Source: Methanothrix sp. (lineage in GTDB: Archaea > Halobacteriota > Methanosarcinia > Methanotrichales > Methanotrichaceae). From it: a DNA stretch of 39,971 bases. Positions 35,691 to 39,971 of this stretch are shown one piece after another. Both the position numbers and the translations under genes were made by a program. The stretch's first letter is position 1. Every line of letters begins with the position of its first letter. Location of the stretch: NCBI GenBank assembly GCA_040770465.1, contig JAXGJB010000024.1:1-39971 (forward strand). The letters are read 5' to 3'. The notes beneath the pieces were generated by a model. That model made no database searches. It saw only the letters and a list, made by a program, of their open reading frames with translations, and was not told where the DNA came from.

Positions 35691-35887
35691 GTCGAAAATA
35701 TCTGATGGATTGCGAAAGCCACCGTTGTGGGATCTGTGGCCGTCCTATCAATCCCAGTGAGTTCTACGTAACCGACCATGGGCTGTTGTATCACGCGGCT
35801 TTGCGGAGAAGGCTATTGAGCCTAAACTCCAGGGCAATTAATAACCATGGTCCCAAAGATAGCGAAAAAACCTCAATACCTAGTTAA
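35687..35887 (+). pseudogene. Frameshifted paralog of the 34302 zinc-finger gene
   Basis: MSRKYLMDCESHRCGICGRPINPSEFYVTDHGLLYHAA, then gcggct-ttgcggagaaggc versus gcggct-tgtgctgagaaggc: a 1-nt loss removes the fourth zinc ligand. Confidence 0.7.
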
Positions 35888-36159
35888 TACAATTATAACT
35901 ATGCATCCGGCATAATAGGCTTAATGTTATCGTATTTAGTTCGCATGCTTATTAAACTTGCGGAGTTAGGATTGAGGGGCTGGGCGTTGATCCGGACGTC
36001 GTTTGGTGGGGCTAGCATGACCGGCGAGGGCCCCAGTATCCTCGCCGACTCCAGAAGCTGGCGGGGCCGCGGTGGGGGATGATACCTCCAGTATGTCGCC
36101 TCGCATCAGGACGGCGGAGGCTTGGCCCCCTTCCTTCTGATTATTGGTGGTGGGGGTGG

Positions 36160-36343
36160 CGGGGTTTGTCCGTGCGGCATGGATGTGGATCTCGCCTTTA
36201 ACTGTGTCAACATCTTCAAGTTTGGTGCTGACCAACTCCTCGACTCGGCATCCTTTACCGAAGAGGAGCAAGATAACGATTCGGTCCAGCTTAGATCCCA
36301 CATTCCGCACCTTGAGTTCTAAAATGGATATTTTTACTGCCAT
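36160..36343 (-). pseudogene. Tyrosine recombinase/integrase fragment (box I)
   Basis: DRIVILLLFGKGCRVEELVSTKLEDVDTVKGEIHI matches the GxRxxEL box I. No HxxR or catalytic Tyr; the sequence switches to unrelated GC-rich DNA after HAART. Confidence 0.75.
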
Positions 36344-36976
36344 CGATTTGTAATATTAAATTCAATGAGTTTAATTTAATTAGATATTTAAATTTGTTTA
36401 TGTTGGCATTATGTTGATTACCCCTCGCAACGTGACGTGATTAGATACCATCTCAATAAGGAGTTGGCAGTAAGCGGACATAATATTAATTTATATGAAT
36501 AGTTAGAATTATAATTATATTAGTGGAATCGCTATCTGGCAAAATACTCGATTTAGGAAGTTAAGGTGCGGAAAGTGGGTTAGATTCCACCTTATCGAGC
36601 ATATTCCTAAAGTCATCTACACTGATCAGTTTCGTGCGGGTCATGATCGGTATGTAGCGGCTCGTTTTATTCTATAAGTGACTTCCGATAATAGCCATAT
36701 TCGGAAGTCGATACAGACTCAAATCTTTCTTGAAAAGTATTACAAACATATCTCCTGGTGGTTTGATCGACTGAACCAATCATCTTTTGGTCCTTCCCGA
36801 TGATCTGCGAGACACGATTCAAAAGACGGCAGATGAGATGGTTGTGACCATGCCCGGCCTTGAGAGGGATCTGATAGAAACAGACTTGTCCAGGGGCCCT
36901 AAAGTAAATGCGCCGCCTGCCAGAGACGAATTTTGCGAAAAGACAAAACCGGAGGACAAAAACAAAAAAAGATAGG

Positions 36977-37489
36977 TCAGAGGACGTCCTTCTGGACCTC
37001 GCTTCTTATATCCTCGAAGTCGACGAAGTGCATCCCTGCCACCTCGCGAAGCTCCCGGGCTATGAACCGCTTTGTGGACATGACCATGAACCTCTTCCCC
37101 CTCGCCCGGAGGAGCTTGAGAGGCCGCTCGAAGTCGCCGTCCCCGCTGACCAGTATCGCCATGTCGTAGTTCTCTATGGTGTTGAACATGTCCAGGACGA
37201 TCTCGATGTCCAAGTTCGCCTTCCTGATCTCCCGGCCGTCGTCGAGGACGATGATCTTCAGCTCCTTGGTGATGATCGAATAGCCGATGTCCGCGAGGGC
37301 GGTCAAGAACCCCTGCTGCCTGGTGTCTGGCGGGTTCTCCTCCCCCACGTAGTAGTAGGCGTCGATGATCTCCCCGCCGGTCCGGTTCTCGATCCACCGG
37401 AGGAGCTTCTCGAAGTTTATCCACCACTTAAGCTCATCTTTCTGCATGTAAAAGACGTTCGCGCCATCCACGAATACCGATATTTTCAA
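36977..37489 (-). CDS. NYN domain protein (LabA/DUF88, PIN-like)
   Basis: VFVDGANVFY, KANLDIEIVLD, ILVSGDGDFERPL, ELREVA...FVDF. Confidence 0.92.
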   Translation of the reverse strand: MKISVFVDGANVFYMQKDELKWWINFEKLLRWIENRTGGEIIDAYYYVGEENPPDTRQQGFLTALADIGYSIITKELKIIVLDDGREIRKANLDIEIVLDMFNTIENYDMAILVSGDGDFERPLKLLRARGKRFMVMSTKRFIARELREVAGMHFVDFEDIRSEVQKDVL

Positions 37490-37602
37490 TTATATTTCCC
37501 CTTTATTTTAAATATAATAACTACGCCAGCCCGTCCTCAGGCTGCGCATTATCATTCGGAGGAGGAGTGGATTTGAGGATACATATAGTTTCCTGAGAGA
37601 AT

Positions 37603-37694
37603 ATCGCATTTAAAGATCGCATTTAAAGACGAAAAAGGCGCTCGTTGAAGGGGATCATATTATCCGTCTTATCCGTCTTATCCGTCTATCCGTC
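37603..37694. repeat. Short tandem duplications: ATCGCATTTAAAG x2 (37603-37628) and (T)TATCCGTC x4 (37660-37694)
   Basis: Read directly in the intergenic region between fur and the NYN gene. Confidence 0.8.
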
Positions 37695-37701
37695 CTCGCG
37701 A

Positions 37702-38172
37702 TCACTCGCTGGCTGCGGCCTTGGTTGGAGCGGTTTCGCCCTTCTTTCTGCAGCCCTCACAGACGCCCTTCAGCTCAAAGACCGATTCGGTCACGACAAA
37801 ATTCGCCTCAACAGAGGCTTTTGCTATCAGTTCCGGCATCATCGGGTCCACCCAATCGCTGATGCCTCCGCATTGCTGGCAGAGCAGGTGGGCATGAGGC
37901 TCGACGAAAGGATCGAACCTCGTTTCGCCTTGCGGCAGGTTCAACTCCAGAATCAGGCCCGTTTCTTTTAATATTTTAATTGTATTATAAACAGTTGCAA
38001 GGCTTACGGTTGGGTGATCCTTCCTGACTTCCAGATATGTCTTCTTCGCTGTTGGATGCTCATGATTGCTGAGGATGTACCTGCTAATAGCGATTCTCTG
38101 AGGTGTGGCCCTGCGCCCGCTGTTGCGGAACGTCTTGATTATTGTCGCCTCCGGATCTTCCAGGTCTGGCAT
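37702..38172 (-). CDS. Fur-family regulator, PerR-like
   Basis: RATPQRIAI, HPTA, VSLATVYNTI, RFD, HAHLLCQQCG, CEGC; divergent from prx-katG. Confidence 0.92.
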   Translation of the reverse strand: MPDLEDPEATIIKTFRNSGRRATPQRIAISRYILSNHEHPTAKKTYLEVRKDHPTVSLATVYNTIKILKETGLILELNLPQGETRFDPFVEPHAHLLCQQCGGISDWVDPMMPELIAKASVEANFVVTESVFELKGVCEGCRKKGETAPTKAAASE

Positions 38173-38325
38173 AGTGGTTATCAGGTGATAATTAGTCTTA
38201 AATAAAGCTATTCATAAATAAGAATTGAAGGGCTTTGACCCTGAATCATGGCCGTGAGGAAGATTGGCATGTGCGTGACCGAAAAATCAAGCCCATCAAA
38301 TGAGAAGAAAGAGGAGATATCAAAA

Positions 38326-38994
38326 ATGACACACCATATAGAGCAGGAAGCAGCGCAGGGAATCCCTCTCCTGGGAGATAAGGTTCCTGAGATGGAGGTT
38401 GCGACCACCCACGGCAGGATGAAGATCCCCAATGACCTGAAGGGAAAGTGGTTCGTCCTCTTCAGCCATCCCGGAGACTTCACCCCGGTCTGCACCACCG
38501 AGTTCATCGCCTTCCAGAAGATGAAGAAGGATTTCGATGACCTGAACTGCGCCCTAGTCGGACTGTCCATCGACCAGGTCCACTCCCACATGAAGTGGAC
38601 TGAGTGGATCAAAGAGAAGATGAAAGTGGAGATCACCTTTCCCATCATCGCCGACACAGGCGCCGTCGCCGCAAAGCTCGGCATGATCCATCCGGGAAAG
38701 GGGACCAACACCGTCAGGGCGGTATTCGTGGTGGACCCGAACGGGGTCATGAGGCTGATGCTCTACTACCCCCAGGAGATCGGCCGGAACATGGACGAGG
38801 TTCTGAGAGTGGTCAAGGCCCTCCAGATCTCCGACAAGAACAAGGTGGCATTGCCCGCCAACTGGCCGAAGAACGACCTCTTCGGCGACGAGGTGATAAT
38901 ACCCCCGCCAGCCGACGAGAAGACCGCAGCCACGCGAAAGACCGGAGGCGGCATGGTCTGCGAAGACTGGTGGTTCTGCCACAAGAAGCTCTGA
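38326..38994 (+). CDS. Peroxiredoxin (Prx6/archaeal TDXH type)
   Basis: [51 protein letters not shown]; SD GAGGAG before ATG 38326. Confidence 0.95.
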   Translation: MTHHIEQEAAQGIPLLGDKVPEMEVATTHGRMKIPNDLKGKWFVLFSHPGDFTPVCTTEFIAFQKMKKDFDDLNCALVGLSIDQVHSHMKWTEWIKEKMKVEITFPIIADTGAVAAKLGMIHPGKGTNTVRAVFVVDPNGVMRLMLYYPQEIGRNMDEVLRVVKALQISDKNKVALPANWPKNDLFGDEVIIPPPADEKTAATRKTGGGMVCEDWWFCHKKL

Positions 38995-39092
38995 ATCCCT
39001 CTCTGGGTGATCGACCAGGCAGGCCGACAGACGACTCGCTGATGGTCGGATGCAGAGGTTCCACCCTCCTGGAGAAGCCTGATGATTCGTAG

Positions 39093-39971
<879 letters not shown>

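Larger units (their letters stand above)
31174..36900. mobile_element. Decayed integrative element(s)/genomic island at the 3' end of the malic enzyme gene; right boundary approximate
   Basis: Visible drop in GC, duplicated malic enzyme 3' end, toxin gene, coupled micro-ORFs, tyrosine recombinase fragment. Confidence 0.75.

Overview
High-GC archaeal chromosome segment, most consistent with a Methanothrix/Methanocrinis-type (Methanosarcinales) methanogen (inferred from gene content: ahbB-sirC-hemA, mptE, GGGP synthase, tiaS, cgi121, rpl40e, archaeal phosphoribulokinase). Bases 1 to ~31.2 kb are mostly housekeeping genes. About 31.2-36.9 kb is a more AT-rich accessory region starting at the 3' end of a malic enzyme gene; it holds a duplicated gene end, a RelE-type toxin with a small unlisted partner ORF, phage/plasmid-like micro-ORFs and an integrase remnant. 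The window ends with a Fur/PerR-peroxiredoxin-katG oxidative stress locus. Signals missed by the ORF track: (i) a tRNA-Ser(CGA) gene interrupted by two non-canonical introns (D-loop 21/22, T-loop 59/60); (ii) an intergenic three-hairpin, K-turn-bearing RNA resembling an archaeal box H/ACA guide; (iii) several genes that appear to start at CTG, and possibly ACG; (iv) rpl40e and the window-truncated hemA and katG; (v) an ICMT-family gene with an in-frame TAA. All calls are by eye, without database searches.
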